Part shown: piece after piece, positions 14,184-25,740 of the stretch
Layout: every line of letters begins with the position of its first letter
Position numbering within the stretch: the first letter of the stretch is position 1
Assembly: GCA_963707275.1 (NCBI GenBank)
Contig: CAVPPH010000010.1
Coordinates: forward strand, 111,106-175,105
Origin: an uncultured Chloroflexia bacterium
GTDB taxonomy: Bacteria; Chloroflexota; Anaerolineae; JAAEKA01
Direction of reading: 5' to 3'
Length of the DNA stretch: 64,000 nt
The notes under the pieces: model-generated
Databases searched by the model: none
The model's input: only the letters and a program-made list of their open reading frames with translations
What the model was told of the DNA's origin: nothing
Translations under genes and position numbers: made by a program

Positions 14184-15474
14184 TCACTCAAGTTCGTCCT
14201 GCATAGCGCCGCAGCCTGCACCACATCGCTGGCCTCGTCCAGCGCCACATCGTCCCAGCGGATGATCTCGCCGGCCGCAACCGGCTGCACGACGCGCGCG
14301 CCGGGAGCCAGACCGGTCGGCAGGGCGTTGAGGTCGCGGCGACCTCGGCCCGATCCATCACGCCGTAGAAGGTGTAGCCGCCGAAGTCGTCCAGCAGGTC
14401 GCCCGGCTTGCAGATCGCGCTTGGCCACGGCCATGCTCTCGGCCACGGGGCGATCCAGCGGCGCCAGCGTCACTTTGCGGTCGAAATAGGCCTCGGCGAA
14501 GCTGATGGGCGCCTCGATGAACCAGAGGTGGTAGGGCCGGAAGAAGGTCGAGTATTTGCCGTTGCCAACCTTGAGATACTTCAGGTCGTCGGCGATGCGC
14601 GGCGTCGTGCACGCGGCAGGTGACGAAGACGCCGCCGGCCATGGCCTTGCCCTGCACGAAGTCCACCGCGCCGGGGCTGCGGCACGATGCCGCCATCCTC
14701 GACCAGCGAGAAGATGCCGGTCACCGTGTCCAGCGTCGCGTCGGGGCCGACCATGCCGCGCCGCATCGGCAGGCAGCCGGTCGCGTTGGCCGCGCAGGTC
14801 ATCTCGAACATGGTCTTGCTGCCATCGACGTAGCTGGCGGTCTGGTAGGCGTCCTTGCCGGCTTTGCGGGCTGCTTCGGCTACCGTGTCAGGCGTGGCGC
14901 TGGGATCCAGCGGGTTGTTCTTGCCCTTGCCGATGACGATCGGCTCGAAGCCCAGCAGATGCACGTACTCCCACAGTTCCATCAGGCAGCCCGGCTCGTC
15001 GCCCGACGACACGCTGTACAGCACACCAGCGTCCCGAGCCAGCTTTTTGAGGATGCGCCCCACGGTGACGTCGGCCTCGATGTTGACCAGCACCACGTCC
15101 TTGCCGTGCTGGATGCCGGCCCATGCGACCGCCGCGCCGCTGGCCGGCGACGGCGTCACATCGGTCACGATGTCCACCGCGTCGACGCGCGCCAGCAGGC
15201 TGAGATCGTCCGTCACCACCCGCTTGCCGGCGCGGATGGCATCCATGGCCGGGCCAGGATCGCCGCATTCGACGATGGCATCGGCAGCCACGTTGGCCGC
15301 CTCAAACGCCTGGCGCGCCAGCACGATGTCAGCATCAGCCAGCACAGACACCTCCATGCCAGCCACGTGCTCAACCTGCGCCACGAACCCGCTGCCCATC
15401 CACCCCGCGCCATGAGCGCCGATGCGGATGGGAGCGCCGGACGCTTGACGTTGTTGGAGTTTTTCGAAGAGCAT
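14184..15474 (-). CDS. NAD(P)-dependent oxidoreductase with C-terminal SAF domain (homoserine dehydrogenase-like, frameshifted)
   Basis: GAGWMGSG, NIEADVTVG, GDEPG, GKGKNNPL, DGSKTMFEM, RPYHL, AVAKRDL motifs. Confidence 0.85.
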
Positions 15475-15588
15475 GATGCAACCTCGTTCGTCGACAGGGA
15501 AAGGAAGGAAATGAGGGAAAGAAGGGAAAGCCGGAAATCGTTGAGATGCTTCGGATTTCCCTCATTTCCTCCTTTTCCCTGCTTTCCC

Positions 15589-16562
15589 TCATCCTCGCTT
15601 CGCCGCCACCGCCGCACGCGCCGCTGCGGCGATGTCCTCAGCCGTGAGGTGATACTTGATCAGCAGGTCGGCGGGGTCGGCGGACTCGGTGTAGGTGTCG
15701 GCCAGGCCGACGAAACGCATCGGGCACGGGATGATGCTCGGCGATGACGCGCGCGACGTTGCTGCCCATGCCGCCGGTGAGCAGGTGTTCCTCGGCGGTG
15801 ACGACCGCGCCGGTGTCGCGCGCTGCGGCGACGATGGCCTCCTCGTCCAGCGGGCGCAGGCTGAGCAGGTCCACCACCCGCGCCTCGATTCCCTCGTCAG
15901 CCAGGTCGCAGCCGCGTCCAGCGCCGCCGCGACCATGATGCCGCAGGCGATGATGGCCAGATCGCTGCCCTGCCGGACGACCTTGGCCTTGCCGATCGCG
16001 AAGTCCTCGTCCTCAGCGTAGATGACGGGCAGCGCCACGCGGCTGGAGCGCAGCCACACCGGGCCGACGATAGTCGGTGGCCAGCTCGCACCAGCGCCCG
16101 CATCGACACCGGGTCGCTGGGCACCAGCATGGTGAAGGTCGGCAGACCGCCCACCAGCGCGAAATCCTCGATGCCCATCTGTGTCGGGCCGTCCTTGCCC
16201 AGCGTGATCCCGCCGTGACTGCCCAGCACCTTGGCGTTGATGTTGGACAGCGCGATGGCCAGACGGATCTGGTCGTAGGCGTTGCAGAGCAGGAACGAGG
16301 AGAAGCTGGTGATCCAGGGGATCAGCCCGCAGGCCGCCAGCCCGGCGCCTACGCCCACCAGGTTGCTCTCGGCGATGCCAAGGTTGAAAAAGCGCTCTGG
16401 ATACGCCTTGCGCACGGTCTCAGCCATGGTCGAGTTGCCCAGGTCGCCATCCAGCACGACGACGCGCGGGTTGTCGGTCGCGACATCCAGCAGCGCCTCG
16501 CCGAAGACGTTGCGCAGAGGCATGGTGGCTGGCGCGTAGCCTGCTTTGCTACCGAGTTGCAT
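15589..16562 (-). CDS. Transketolase C-terminal subunit (frameshifted)
   Basis: RFFNLGIAESNL, GKDGPTQMGIED, VVTAEEH motifs. Confidence 0.88.
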
Positions 16563-16625
16563 GGGAGACCTCCTGGAAAGCGTAATGCGTGTTGCGTATT
16601 GTGTGAACCGTGACTGGTATCCCTT

Positions 16626-17453
16626 TCATGACACCGGTGCTCCTTGCAGAATCTCAACCCGTGCCTGCTCAGCCAAAGCAGGCGGCAAGGCGCGGCCGTG
16701 CCAGGTGAAGTCGGTCTCGACAAAGGAGACGCCCTTGCCTTTGACCGTGTGGGCGATCAGGATCGATGGCTGGTCGGGCCGGGCCGGGAAGGTGCGCAGT
16801 TTGGCGATGATCGCGCCGATGTCGTGGCCGTCCACCTCGTCGACGTGCCAGCCGAAGCTGCGCCACTTGTCAGCCAGCGGCTCGAGGCCCATCTCGCGCG
16901 CGATCGGGCCGGTCTCCTGGAACTTGTTGTAGTCGAGGATCGCCGTCAGGTTGCCGGCGCCGAAATGCGCCGCGGCCATGGCAGCCTCCCAGATCTGACC
17001 CGCCTCGCATTCGCCGTCGCCCAGCAGCACGTAGACGCGGTAGGCCAGCCCGTTCAGCCGGCCGCCCAGCACGTGGCCGATGCCCAGCGACAGGCCCTGT
17101 CCCAGCGAGCCCGTGGTCGCCTCGACTCCCGGCAGCAGACCGTGGATCGGGTGACCCTGCACCGGACTGTCGATTTGGCGCAGCGTCCACAGCAGCTCGC
17201 GGTCGAAGTAGCCGGCGCGCGCCAGCACTGCGTAGAGCAGCGGCGCGGCGTGGCCCTTGCTCATGATGAAGCGGTCACGCGCCGGCCACCACGGTTCGTC
17301 AGCCCGGTAGCGCAGCACGCCGCCGAAGTAGAGCGCCGTGCAGATCTCGACGGCTGACCAGGAGCTGGAGGGATGGCCCGATCCGGCCTTGGTGGTGCTG
17401 TCGAGAATGTCCAGCCGAAGCTGGCGGGCGACCTCGCCAAGGTCGCTAGTCAT
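16626..17453 (-). CDS. Transketolase N-terminal subunit
   Basis: SGHPSSS, DRFIMSKGHAAP, TGSLGQGLS, GDGECEAGQIWEA TPP motif, TVKGKGV. Confidence 0.9.
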   Translation of the reverse strand: MTSDLGEVARQLRLDILDSTTKAGSGHPSSSWSAVEICTALYFGGVLRYRADEPWWPARDRFIMSKGHAAPLLYAVLARAGYFDRELLWTLRQIDSPVQGHPIHGLLPGVEATTGSLGQGLSLGIGHVLGGRLNGLAYRVYVLLGDGECEAGQIWEAAMAAAHFGAGNLTAILDYNKFQETGPIAREMGLEPLADKWRSFGWHVDEVDGHDIGAIIAKLRTFPARPDQPSILIAHTVKGKGVSFVETDFTWHGRALPPALAEQARVEILQGAPVS

Positions 17454-17507
17454 GCTCCAAAGAATTGTCAGTCATAAATCGTCCTCAACGTGATAGTTAG
17501 GATGCGT

Positions 17508-18528
17508 CTACGAAACGCCTATCGTGGTGGATTGCTCCACCAGAAACGCGTCAACTTCGGCAGCGATAGGCATGGCAGGAATGGCGCCCCGTTTGGTGGC
17601 GGTCAGTGCGCCGACGGCGTTGGCGTAGCGCAACGCGGCGCGCAGTTGCTCGACTGTGAGTTGGCTGCGCCAGTCGCCCACCGCCAGAAGCTGCGCCAGC
17701 ACACCGGCGACGAAGGCATCACCGCAGCCGACCGCGTCGACCGTCGCGACCTGGAATCCCGGCACCGTCTCCCCGCCCGCCGCGGATCGGAAGTAGCTGC
17801 CCTGCCGGCCCAGCGTCACCACTACCAGTGACGGACCGCTGCGCAGCAGTTCGTCAACCGCTTCTTCGATAGTCAGTTGACCGCCGGCAGTGGACCAGCG
17901 ACCACCCGCCAGCATCTCCAACTCGACTTCGTTGACCTTCAGCACATCAACCTGTGGGATCAGGACGTGGTACTGCGCCAGCGCCGCGGCTGGCGACTGC
18001 CAGAGGCTGGGCCGATAGTTGACATCGAAGGAGATCAGCGCTCCGCTGGCACGCGCGAGCCGCACAGCCTCGAAGGCTGCGCTGCGGCTGGGTTCGTCGG
18101 TCAGGCTCAGCGAGCCGACGTGCAACGCCCGCCCGGTTGCCAGCAGCTCGCGGTCCAGTTCCTCCGGCAGCAGCCGCTGATCCGCGCCGGGGTTGCGGTA
18201 GAAGACGAACTCGGCGTCGTGTTCGGTCGGCAGAGCGATGACTGCCATGGTCGTGCGGGCCTCGTCGATCCAGTCGGATGCCGCGCGTCTCGACCCCTTC
18301 GCCGCGCATCACATCGATGAGGTGATGCCCGAAGGCGTCGTCGCCCACCTTGCCGATGAACGCGGTCTCCACGCCCAGCCGCTGCGCTGCCACCGCGACG
18401 TTAGCCGACGCACCGCCCGGCTTGGGATAGAACGCGCTGACCTCGGCCAGCCGCCGCCCAATCTCGGCCGGGAACATGTCGATGAGTAGGTCGCTAAGGG
18501 TGATGTGCAGGTCTGCATGGTGTGTCAT
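17508..18528 (-). CDS. PfkB family carbohydrate kinase (frameshifted)
   Basis: GGASANVA, GKVGDDAFG, FDVNYRPSLW, DAVGCGDAF signatures. Confidence 0.9.
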
Positions 18529-19513
18529 CTACGACCCGCCCAGCATCTGCCGCATCAACTGCGAGATGCGGATCGCGTCGTAGTTGTGCATGCAGGCCCG
18601 CAACTCGTCGCGCGGCACCCGGTCCAAGCAGCTCGTAGCCGAACTTGAGGTTGCGGATCGTCTCGTTCGACGACCTGGGCCGGGATCCTCGCGGTAGGGG
18701 AAGAGGTCGAGACCGAACCAGCCGTCATAGCCCCATTCGTCCAGCCAGAAGAGCGCCTCCAGCGTCTCCCACAGGTTGACCGTGCCCACGATCAGGTCGT
18801 CGTCGAACAGCTTCCAGTTGTCGTTCCAGTGGGTGTGGAACAGCTTGCCGTAGCGGCTGCAGAGCGCGATCGACTCGGCCAGGTTTTCCTTCATGATGAA
18901 CGCGTGGCCGACGTCGATATTGACGCCGAAGTTGGGGCGGTTGATCTCGTTGACGATGGTCATGCAGTGGCCGATGGTCGGCAGCAGGATGCGCGAGCGC
19001 GGCTCCCAGGCCTTGTACTCGACCACGATCTTCTGCTGCGGGTTGTAGTCGCACCAGGCAGCCAGGTTCTCCACCAGCCAGTCCAGCGCCTTGCGATGGT
19101 CGATCTGGAAGGGATAGTCGTAGCCATCCTGCGCTGGCCAGTAGACCATGACGTGCGCTTCCATGTGCTGGGCGATGTCGGTGGTGCGCTTGGCACAGAT
19201 CGAGGGCCTGCTGGCGCAGCTTCGGATCGGAGTTGGTGAACTGGCCGAACTTGAACTTGGGATCGACCCACAGATGCGGACAGAACTGGACGATCTCCAT
19301 GCCCAGGTCGTTGGCCAGCGATTTCAGGTCGTGGTAGTTGGCGTCGGTGACCTCGGTGGGATAGTGCATCTCCAGCCCGCCGACACCTTCCACCGAAGCA
19401 GCCAGCTTGAAGCGATCAGGGATGCTCAGATCGGGCCGGTAGCCCTGCTTGACAAAGCGGTCGCTGGTCGCGCCCAGGAACCAGATGCCGCAGGAGACTT
19501 TGAGTTCGCGCAT
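18529..19513 (-). CDS. Xylose isomerase-like TIM-barrel sugar isomerase (apiose isomerase ApsI/rhamnose isomerase-like, frameshifted)
   Basis: GIWFLGATSDRFVKQGY, WPAQDGYDYPFQ, EYKAWEPR, DVGHA, HWNDNWKLFDDDL, LDLFPYRED motifs. Confidence 0.75.
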
Positions 19514-19694
19514 GGTGGGTTTCCTTTCGGATGACAAGATGACAGGGTGAGTGGGTGAGTGGGTGACAGGGTGACCAGATACGGTACTTGCCATTCCCGG
19601 TACTGCTGCCTGGCTTCCCTTCGCGACCTGCTGTCCTCTGACTTCTGATCTCTGACTTCCGGTTACTGCTCACCGTATCACCGTCTACCGTCCG

Positions 19695-20455
19695 CTACCC
19701 GCGCAGCTCGTTGTGCAGGACGTAGCGGTCGCCGCGGTGATAGATTTGCAGCAGCTCGATGGGTACTGCATATTGCGAATGCGAGACGCGCTCGATGAAC
19801 AGCAAGGCCGCGCCGCGCTTGACGCCCAGTACGTCGGCCATTTCACGGCTGGCGTTGATCGCTTGAATCGCCTGCGTCGCGCTGGTAATGCGGATGTCGT
19901 AATCCCGCTCCAGCATCTCACGCAGCGGCTGGGTCGGCGTAGTCGTGCTGCAGAATGCCGGGGCAGGCGCCATGCACGAGATGCGACACCTCGATGCTCA
20001 TCGGCTCGCCGTCGGCCAGCCGCAGCCGCTGGATGCGCGCCAGTTCCTCGCCTGGCTGCACGCTCAGCCGGTCGGCCAGTTCAGCGGATGCTGGCGTCAG
20101 TTCCGCCGACAGCACGCGTGTCCCCGGCGCAAAGCCGCGGCTGCGCATGTCCTCGGTGAAGCTGACCACGCGCGTCAGCGCCTGCTCGACCGCAGGATGG
20201 GCGACGAACGTGCCGCGGCCCTGCTCTCGGTAGATCAAGCCGTCGCGCTCCAGCGTGTCCAGCGCCTGCCGCACTGTGGCGCGGCTAACGCCGTACTGGT
20301 CTTTCAGGTCGAATTCAGTGGGCAAGGCGTCGCCCGGACGCAGGCTGCCGGCGACGAATTCTGGCACGCAGTTGTTCGGCGATCTGAAGATAGAACGGCA
20401 GACCGCTATGGCGATCGATCCGTGTGTTGGTTGACTCGGCGGTGGTGTAGTTCAC
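19695..20455 (-). CDS. GntR family (HutC/UTRA) transcriptional regulator (frameshifted)
   Basis: PFYLQIAE, LPTEFDL, VSRATVRQAL, QGRGTFV, C-terminal UTRA ending HRGDRY. Confidence 0.88.
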
Positions 20456-20487
20456 AAGAGGGCCGTCAGATTCATCAATTGGTACGG

Positions 20488-20536
20488 TTGTCCAGTTGTA
20501 CGGACAAATATTAACACAATAGACACCCTGTGTCAA
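20488..20536 (-). promoter_or_regulatory. Sigma70 promoter plus palindromic GntR operator candidate
   Basis: Minus strand TTGACA (20536-20531), 17 bp, TAATAT (20513-20508), then TTGTCC-N8-GGACAA (20488-20507). Confidence 0.7.
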
Positions 20537-20568
20537 CTCCCTGTGCGCGACAACATCATGGCGTTGAC

Positions 20569-20597
20569 TTGCCCCGCTATCCCCACGGCGCTACAAT
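20569..20597 (+). promoter_or_regulatory. Putative sigma70 promoter of the K+ channel gene
   Basis: TTGCCC-N17-TACAAT, followed by AAGGAGG RBS. Confidence 0.5.
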
Positions 20598-20635
20598 AGG
20601 CGGACCTGGCTAACGACTGGAATTAAGGAGGCTTG

Positions 20636-21484
20636 ATGACAACCGCACCGACGACACCTGCACCAGACAAAAGCACTTTCCAGTCCGAAGAAGAGGAACT
20701 GATCGTTGACACCAACTACCAGTTCTTCATCATCGGCTTGGCGCTGCTACAGATCGTCAACTCGCTGCTGATCGTCCTGCTTGAGGAACCGCAACGATCC
20801 GTAATCATCGTTTTCTTCCTGCTCATCAGCCTTGTACTGATTGCGGATGCGGTGCGGCGACTGGTGCGGTTCCGCAGACACCGCATCTTGGAACACCAGA
20901 TCGGCTTCTGGCTTATTCTGCTTGGAAGCCTGCCGATCCCCTTTATCATTCTTGTGCGTCTGGCAACAAGCTATCGGATGTTGAGGAACCTCCAGCGCCA
21001 AGATATTGAGGCAATGGGCAAGGTGGTCGTCATGCGCCGGGCACAGAGTACCCTGCTCATTGCCATATTCTTTGTCATTATCGTGCTGGAACTTGGCAGC
21101 ACGTTGATACTCGGCGCCGAAGCAAAGTCAACCAGCGCCAACATCGTCGATGCCAATGACGCCATCTGGTGGGCCTTGGTGACCGTGGCAACCGTTGGCT
21201 ACGGTGACCAGTATCCTGTCACAACCGCCGGGCGACTGATCGCTGTCCTGGTCATGGTAGCGGGGGTAGGCTTGTTCACAGTGCTGACCAGCTACTTCGC
21301 CCATTGGTTCCTGAGACCACAATCAAGCATCGACCAGCCGTCTGATCCTGGGATTTCCCACGCTGATTACGAAGCGCTGATGAACAAGCTGGAAAGGCTG
21401 ACAGCCCGCGTCGAACATCTGACAGCAGCGCAACCGGTCGCTAATGACGGCGCTGATGCGCCGCCTGGCGAGCCCGACACGTAG
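20636..21484 (+). CDS. Potassium channel family protein
   Basis: AIWWALVTVATVGYGD selectivity filter; several TM helices. Confidence 0.9.
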   Translation: MTTAPTTPAPDKSTFQSEEEELIVDTNYQFFIIGLALLQIVNSLLIVLLEEPQRSVIIVFFLLISLVLIADAVRRLVRFRRHRILEHQIGFWLILLGSLPIPFIILVRLATSYRMLRNLQRQDIEAMGKVVVMRRAQSTLLIAIFFVIIVLELGSTLILGAEAKSTSANIVDANDAIWWALVTVATVGYGDQYPVTTAGRLIAVLVMVAGVGLFTVLTSYFAHWFLRPQSSIDQPSDPGISHADYEALMNKLERLTARVEHLTAAQPVANDGADAPPGEPDT

Positions 21485-21503
21485 TCACAAACATCCGCGC
21501 GGC

Positions 21504-22653
21504 TTATAGGCCCAGCACCCGCCGCGCAATCACCAGCCGCTGGATCTCGCTGGTGCCCTCGCCGATAGCCATCAGGCGGTTGTCGCGATAGATCCGCTCC
21601 ACCGGATACTCGCGGCTGTAGCCATAGCCGCCATGGATCTGGATCGCTTCGTAGCAGACCCTTTCAGCGATCTCCGTGGCGAACAACTTGGCCTGCGCCG
21701 CTTCCAGCGTGTAAGGCTGACCCTGATCGCGCAGCCAGGCAGCCCGCCAGACCATCAGCCGCGCCGCGTCGATCTGCGTCGCCATGTCGGCAATCTTGAA
21801 CTGGATCGCCTGATGCTGCGTCAGCGGCGCGCCGAAGGTGGTGCGTTCCTGGGCGTAGCTCATGGCCGCCTCGTAGGCCGCCTGCGCCAGCCCGACGCTC
21901 AGCGCGCCGATGCCGATCCGCCCGCCGTCCAGCACCTCCAGCGTCTGTTGCAGGCCGCGACCTACCGCGCCCAGACACGTTCTCCTCCGGCACGCGCACA
22001 TCCTCCAGGCTGACCGCGTAGGTGTGGCTGCCGTTGAGCCCCATCTTGCGCTCCGGCTTGCCAAAGCTGATGCCCGGCGTTTTAGTAGGCGCGATGATCT
22101 GGCTCAGGCTGCGGCTGCCACCCGTGCGGTCAGTGCGGCAAAGCAGGATGGCCGTTTCAGCCTCCGCCCCGTTGGTCAGCCACATCTTGCTGCCGTTGAT
22201 GACCCATTCCCCGCCGCGCCGCTCGGCGAAAGTGCGCACGCCGCCAGCGAGATCCGACCCTGCGCCCGGCTCCGTCAGCGCCAGACAGCCAATCGCGTCG
22301 GCCGCTGGCCAGCGGCTCGAGAAAGCGATGCTTCTGCGCCTCGCTGCCAAAGGCGTTGAGCGGTCCGCAGGCCAGCCCCAGATGCGCCGCGACGATCAGC
22401 CCGGTGGAGCCGCAGCCGCGGCCGATCTCCTCGATCAGGATCGCCGCGCTCGATGTGGTCCGCGCCCGCGCCGCCGTACGCCTCAGGGATGTTCAGTCCC
22501 AGCAGCCCCAGCTCCGCCCATCTTGCGCAGCGTCTCCCAGGGAAATTCGCCGGTCTCATCGGTGTGCGCGGCGATGGGTTTGATCTCTTTTTCGACGAAA
22601 TCGCGCACCAGCCGGCGCAAGCCGGCCTGTTCTTCGGTCAGTTGAAAGTTCAT
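21504..22653 (-). CDS. Acyl-CoA dehydrogenase (frameshifted)
   Basis: ALTEPGAGSD, INGSKMWLTNG, GGRIGIGA, IQIHGGYGY, IGEGTSEIQR. Confidence 0.9.
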
Positions 22654-22727
22654 GGCAGTCTCCTTTGATTGCCGATATATCGTTCGTAGTGGGCGCTTCA
22701 GCGCTGTTCGGGGCGCTGAAGCGCTTT

Positions 22728-23570
22728 CTACGAACCAATTGTGATTTGCCTCGCTGTCGCGATGGCCGCCCATTCGTCCAGCGTGAGCGTTTCGGCGCGA
22801 CGAGTGGGATCGATGCCGGCGACGGTCAGCAGGTGATCGGCCGCCTCGCCACCGATGCTCAGCCCGCTGCCCAGCGAGTTGCGCAGTTGCTTGCGCCGCT
22901 GCCCAAAGCCGGCCTTGGCGACGGCGAAGAAGAGATCATCGGAAGGCGCGTCCACCGGCGGCGTCTGCCACCTGCGCAGGCGGATGATGGCTGAATCGAC
23001 TTTAGGAGGGGGGTAGAATGCGCCGGCGGGGATGCGAGCCACCATCTGCGGCTCGGCGTAGTACTGCACGCTGACAGCCAGCAGGCTCATATCCGGTGGT
23101 CGGGCGACGATGCGCTGAGCAACCTCGCGCTGGATGGTGAGCACGATCAGATCGGGCGGCTGGGCCGCGGTCAGCAGATGACGTATCGCCGCTGAGGTGA
23201 TGTAGTAGGGCAGATTGGCGACGACTTTGTAGGGTTCACCGTTCACCAGCGCGGCCGGGTCGAGTTGCAGGATGTCGCCTTGCACCACCGTGACGTTGGA
23301 CTGGCCGGCCAGCATTTCGGCCAACACCGGTAATAACGCGCCGTCCAGTTCCACCGCGACCACGCGACCGGCCTGCTGAGCCAGCCGCACCGTCAACGTG
23401 CCGACGCCCGGCCCGATCTCCAGCACCACGTCGTCAGGCGTCAACTCGGCGGCGGCTACGATGCGGTCGAGATGCACCGGGTCGGCCAGGAAGTTCTGGC
23501 CGAGGCCCTTCTTCAGACGCAGGTCGTGGCGGCGCAGCACCTCGCCCAGTCGCACAGCTTCGTTGCCCAT
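22728..23570 (-). CDS. rsmA: 16S rRNA adenine dimethyltransferase
   Basis: KKGLGQNFL, LEIGPGVG, VANLPYYIT, FYPPPKVDSA, RRAETL. Confidence 0.95.
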   Translation of the reverse strand: MGNEAVRLGEVLRRHDLRLKKGLGQNFLADPVHLDRIVAAAELTPDDVVLEIGPGVGTLTVRLAQQAGRVVAVELDGALLPVLAEMLAGQSNVTVVQGDILQLDPAALVNGEPYKVVANLPYYITSAAIRHLLTAAQPPDLIVLTIQREVAQRIVARPPDMSLLAVSVQYYAEPQMVARIPAGAFYPPPKVDSAIIRLRRWQTPPVDAPSDDLFFAVAKAGFGQRRKQLRNSLGSGLSIGGEAADHLLTVAGIDPTRRAETLTLDEWAAIATARQITIGS

Positions 23571-23580
23571 CGGTCAGCTT

Positions 23581-25393
23581 CTAGTCGTCGTCGTCCAGCC
23601 GCAGCACGGTCAGGAAGGCTTCCTGGGGAATTTCGACGCTGCCGACCATCTTCATGCGCCTCTTGCCCTTCTTCTGCTTCTCCAGCAGCTTGCGCTTGCG
23701 GGTGATGTCGCCGCCGTAGCACTTGGCCAGCACGTCCTTGCGCATCGCCTTGACATTGGCGCGGCTGATGATCTTGTTGCCCACCGCGGCCTGGATCGGC
23801 ACCACGAACATCTGGCGCGGGATCACTTCCTTCATCTTGCTGACCAGCTTCTGGCCCTTGCGGTAGGCGTCCTCGCGGTGCACGATGATGCTCAGCGCGT
23901 CCACCGGCTGCTCGTTGACCAGCACGTCCAGCTTGCACCATGTCGGCCGGGCGGTATTCGTCGAAATGGTAGTCCAGGCTGGCATAGCCGCGCGTGCGCG
24001 CCTTCAGCTCGTTGAAGAACTCGGTCAGGATCTCGGTCAGCGGGATCTTGTAGCTCAGCAGCACGCGGCGCTGGTCCAGATAGTCCTGCGCGATGAACTC
24101 GCCGCGCCGCCGTGGTCACCAGCTCCATGATCGCGCCGATGAACTCGGTGGGCGTGAAGACCTCGATCCGCACCCACGGCTCGCGGATCTCCTCGATGCG
24201 GCTGGGATCGGGCAGATCGGCCGGGCTGTCGATGACGATCTCTGTGCCGTCGGTCAGCGTGACCTGATATTCCACGCTGGGCGCGGTGAAGATGATGTCC
24301 AGATCGTACTCGCGCTCCAGCCGCTCCTGGATGATCTCCATGTGGAACAGACCCAGAAAGCCGCAGCGAAAGCCAAAGCCCAGCGCCTGGCTGGTCTCCG
24401 GCTGGTAGATCAGCGAGGCGTCGTTGAGTTGCAGCTTTTCCAGCGCGTCGCGCAGCAGGTTGTAGTCCTCGCTCTCGGTCGGATAGAGGCCGGCAAACAC
24501 CATCGGCTTCATGGGCCGGTAGCCGGGCAGCGGCTTGTCGGCCGGTTCGTCGTCCCAGGTCAGCGTGTCGCCCACCGCCAGATCGCGCACGGTCTTCAGG
24601 CCGGTGGCGACGTAGCCCACCTCGCCGGCCTCCAGCTCGCTCCACCGGCTTCATGCGCGGCGCAAAGACGCCGATCTCCAGCGGCTCGGCGCGGATGCCG
24701 GTGGACATCAGCCGCAGCGTGCGGTTAGGCTCGATGGCGCCATCCACCACCCGCACGTAGGCGATCACGCCCTTGTACGAGTCGTAGTGGCTGTCGAAGA
24801 TCAGCGCGCGCAGCGGCTGGTTCGAGGTCGCCCGCGGGCGGCGGCACATGCTGCGACGACCGCCTCCAGCACCTGCGGCAACGTTGGTGCCCTCCTTGGC
24901 CGAGACCCGCACCACATCCTCAGCCGCCGACACCGATCAGATCCTCGATCTCCTGGGCCACCTCGTCCGGCTGCGCCGAGACCAGATCGATCTTGTTGAT
25001 GACCGGGATGATCTCCAGATCGGCTTCCAGGGCCAGATAGAGGTTGGCCAGCGTCTGCGCCTCGATGCCCTGGGTGGCGTCCACCACCAGCACCGCGCCT
25101 TCGCAGGCCTGCAGCGCCCGGCTGACCTCGTAGGAAAAATCGACGTGGCCGGGCGTGTCGATCAGGTTGATCTCGTAGGTCTCGCCATCGCTGGCCGTGT
25201 ACGCCATGCGCACAGCCGAGGCCTTGATCGTGACGCCCTTCTCCCGCTCCAGGTCCATGTCGTCCAGCACCTGCTCCTTCATGTCGCGGTCGGAGATGGT
25301 GCCGGTGACCTGCAGCAGCCGGTCGGCCAGGGTGCTCTTGCCGTGGTCGATGTGGGCGATGATGCAGAAATTGCGGATTCGGTTGATTTCCAT
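23581..25393 (-). CDS. lepA: Elongation factor 4 (frameshifted in assembly)
   Basis: [58 protein letters not shown]. Confidence 0.97.
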
Positions 25394-25740
25394 GTGATAT
25401 CGTCAGGACGGTCGGACCTTCTGCCCTGCCATCTGCGATAAACCTGCTTTCTCGACTAGAATTCCTTAGTTGACAGCGATCTTGTGATGGACTAAAATTC
25501 AGCATGCCCGCGGCTCTGTCGCATCGCTGCGACAAGCCTACCGTCCCAAGTAACTGCCCAAGATAAGCCCGATTATACTGCAACCCGGACCAAACCAAAA
25601 GAAGCTTGGTCATCACGACTTGGCTTGGGTCTCTGATTGCGGGTTTGCAACTCAGCCAGCACGCCCGGTCTTTGTTGTCAAGACAGCCTTATGTTACAAT
25701 CCCATTACTTTTTCTGGTACCGCATGCGTAAGGAGCAATC

